Origin: an uncultured Clostridia bacterium
GTDB lineage: Bacteria; Bacillota; Clostridia; TANB77; CAG-508
Reading direction: 5' to 3'
DNA length: 64,000 bases
Assembly (NCBI GenBank): GCA_947649935.1
Contig: CANSTR010000003.1
Span: 4,123-68,122, forward strand
Shown here: positions 63,170 through 64,000 of the stretch, piece by piece
Position numbering within the stretch: position 1 is the first letter of the stretch
Layout: each line of letters starts with the position of its first letter
Notes under the pieces: model-generated
The model's database searches: none
What the model was told of the DNA's origin: nothing
The model's input: only the letters and a program-made list of their open reading frames with translations
Position numbers and translations under genes: made by a program

Positions 63170-63883
63170 TTATAGTTTTAAATAATATTTTACTTTCTTC
63201 TTAAATTCTTCTAGCCTGTTGTTTTTTAATATTTTATGTGGGCAATCTTTTCCTGAAAAATCGTGATGAGTTTTTACTGCTTCAATTTCTAAATCATAAG
63301 ATTTAAGAAGATACGCTACTAGTTTTGTTGCATTATCAAAAGTCTTTTCAAAGTTTCCCTCTTTATTTACGCATAGTTCTATTCCTATACCATATTCATT
63401 TCCATTATGCTCTCCTGCGTGATTTGCTTTTTCATCATCAGGAATGTGGTGATAGATTTCTTTATCATCAACTGTATAATGCCAAGATGTAGAACTCGTA
63501 TTGTTTTCTTTCAAAAACATAGCGTGATTAGCAGCAGTAGTACCTTTTTCAAAATTATCAGTTTCGTGTATCACTATGTATTTAATAATTCTTTTTTCAC
63601 CACTTCTAGCTTTAGTTTCCTTATCTATTATTTCATTCTTTACTTGAACGCCATAAACATCACTAGGAAAAACAGCAATTTGCTGATTATTTTCTTTGGT
63701 ATCATTTGTAACTGGTAAATTTTCTTTTTCTGTTACTATATTCCTACTTGCATTAGATGATTTTAAGACATTATTTATAAAATTAAATGTTAAAATTATC
63801 AAAATGATAAAAATACATAATCTAATCTTTGGTTTAATCTTTCGCTTTCTATAATACTTCTTTTTCTTTTTTTTCTTTTCCAT
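63170..63883 (-). CDS. Membrane-anchored N-acetylmuramoyl-L-alanine amidase (Amidase_2)
   Basis: IVIHETDN, SWHYTVDD, HAG...GN..GIGIELC, HHDFSGKDCP. Confidence 0.9.
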   Translation of the reverse strand: MEKKKKKKKYYRKRKIKPKIRLCIFIILIILTFNFINNVLKSSNASRNIVTEKENLPVTNDTKENNQQIAVFPSDVYGVQVKNEIIDKETKARSGEKRIIKYIVIHETDNFEKGTTAANHAMFLKENNTSSTSWHYTVDDKEIYHHIPDDEKANHAGEHNGNEYGIGIELCVNKEGNFEKTFDNATKLVAYLLKSYDLEIEAVKTHHDFSGKDCPHKILKNNRLEEFKKKVKYYLKL

Positions 63884-64000
63884 AAAAAACTCCTTGTAGT
63901 ACCATAATCAGCTTACAAGGATATGATATAAAACAAAAGTCAAAAATTAGTCAAATTTATAATTTTTTTATATTTTTAATTTGCTTTAAGTATTTATTTA

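Larger units (their letters stand above)
49790..64000 (-). mobile_element. Integrative (probably mobilisable) element with tandem large serine recombinases; right end not visible
   Basis: Visible AT increase, recombinase pair plus DUF6870-like gene, sigma-like/XRE regulators, PemK, cargo; left boundary at 49.8 or 50.9 kb uncertain. Confidence 0.7.

Overview
A 64-kb low-GC Firmicute (Clostridia-like) chromosomal segment, coded almost entirely on the minus strand. Bases 1-49.7 kb are core and accessory host genes: Lon-like protease, rimI-tsaB, tsaE, HEPN/MNT toxin-antitoxin pair, two-component system, ABC/MATE/MFS transporters, vanW-dltA-dltC, hisS, rimO, pth, sua5, purM, patatin, DUF3800 with an adjacent structured RNA, purA, purB and lexA, with GTAG-type REP palindromes in intergenic gaps. 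From about 49.8 kb to the end is a more AT-rich integrative element (rhuM, tandem large serine recombinases, PemK/MazF, sigma-like and XRE regulators, ABC/amidase cargo). Main discovery: six host genes (tsaE, an amidase, dltA, vanW, purA, purB) look split, and all six are repaired by the same +1 event at an in-frame CGG codon followed by A or T (C-GGA or C-GGT). At tsaE, purA and purB this restores a conserved glycine. In my by-eye scan, in-frame CGG is absent from all other genes except two CGG-G cases that stay in frame. This points to codon-triggered +1 recoding (CGGW read as one residue, probably Gly), a possible genetic-code variant. A systematic assembly artefact must still be excluded with reads and proteomics.
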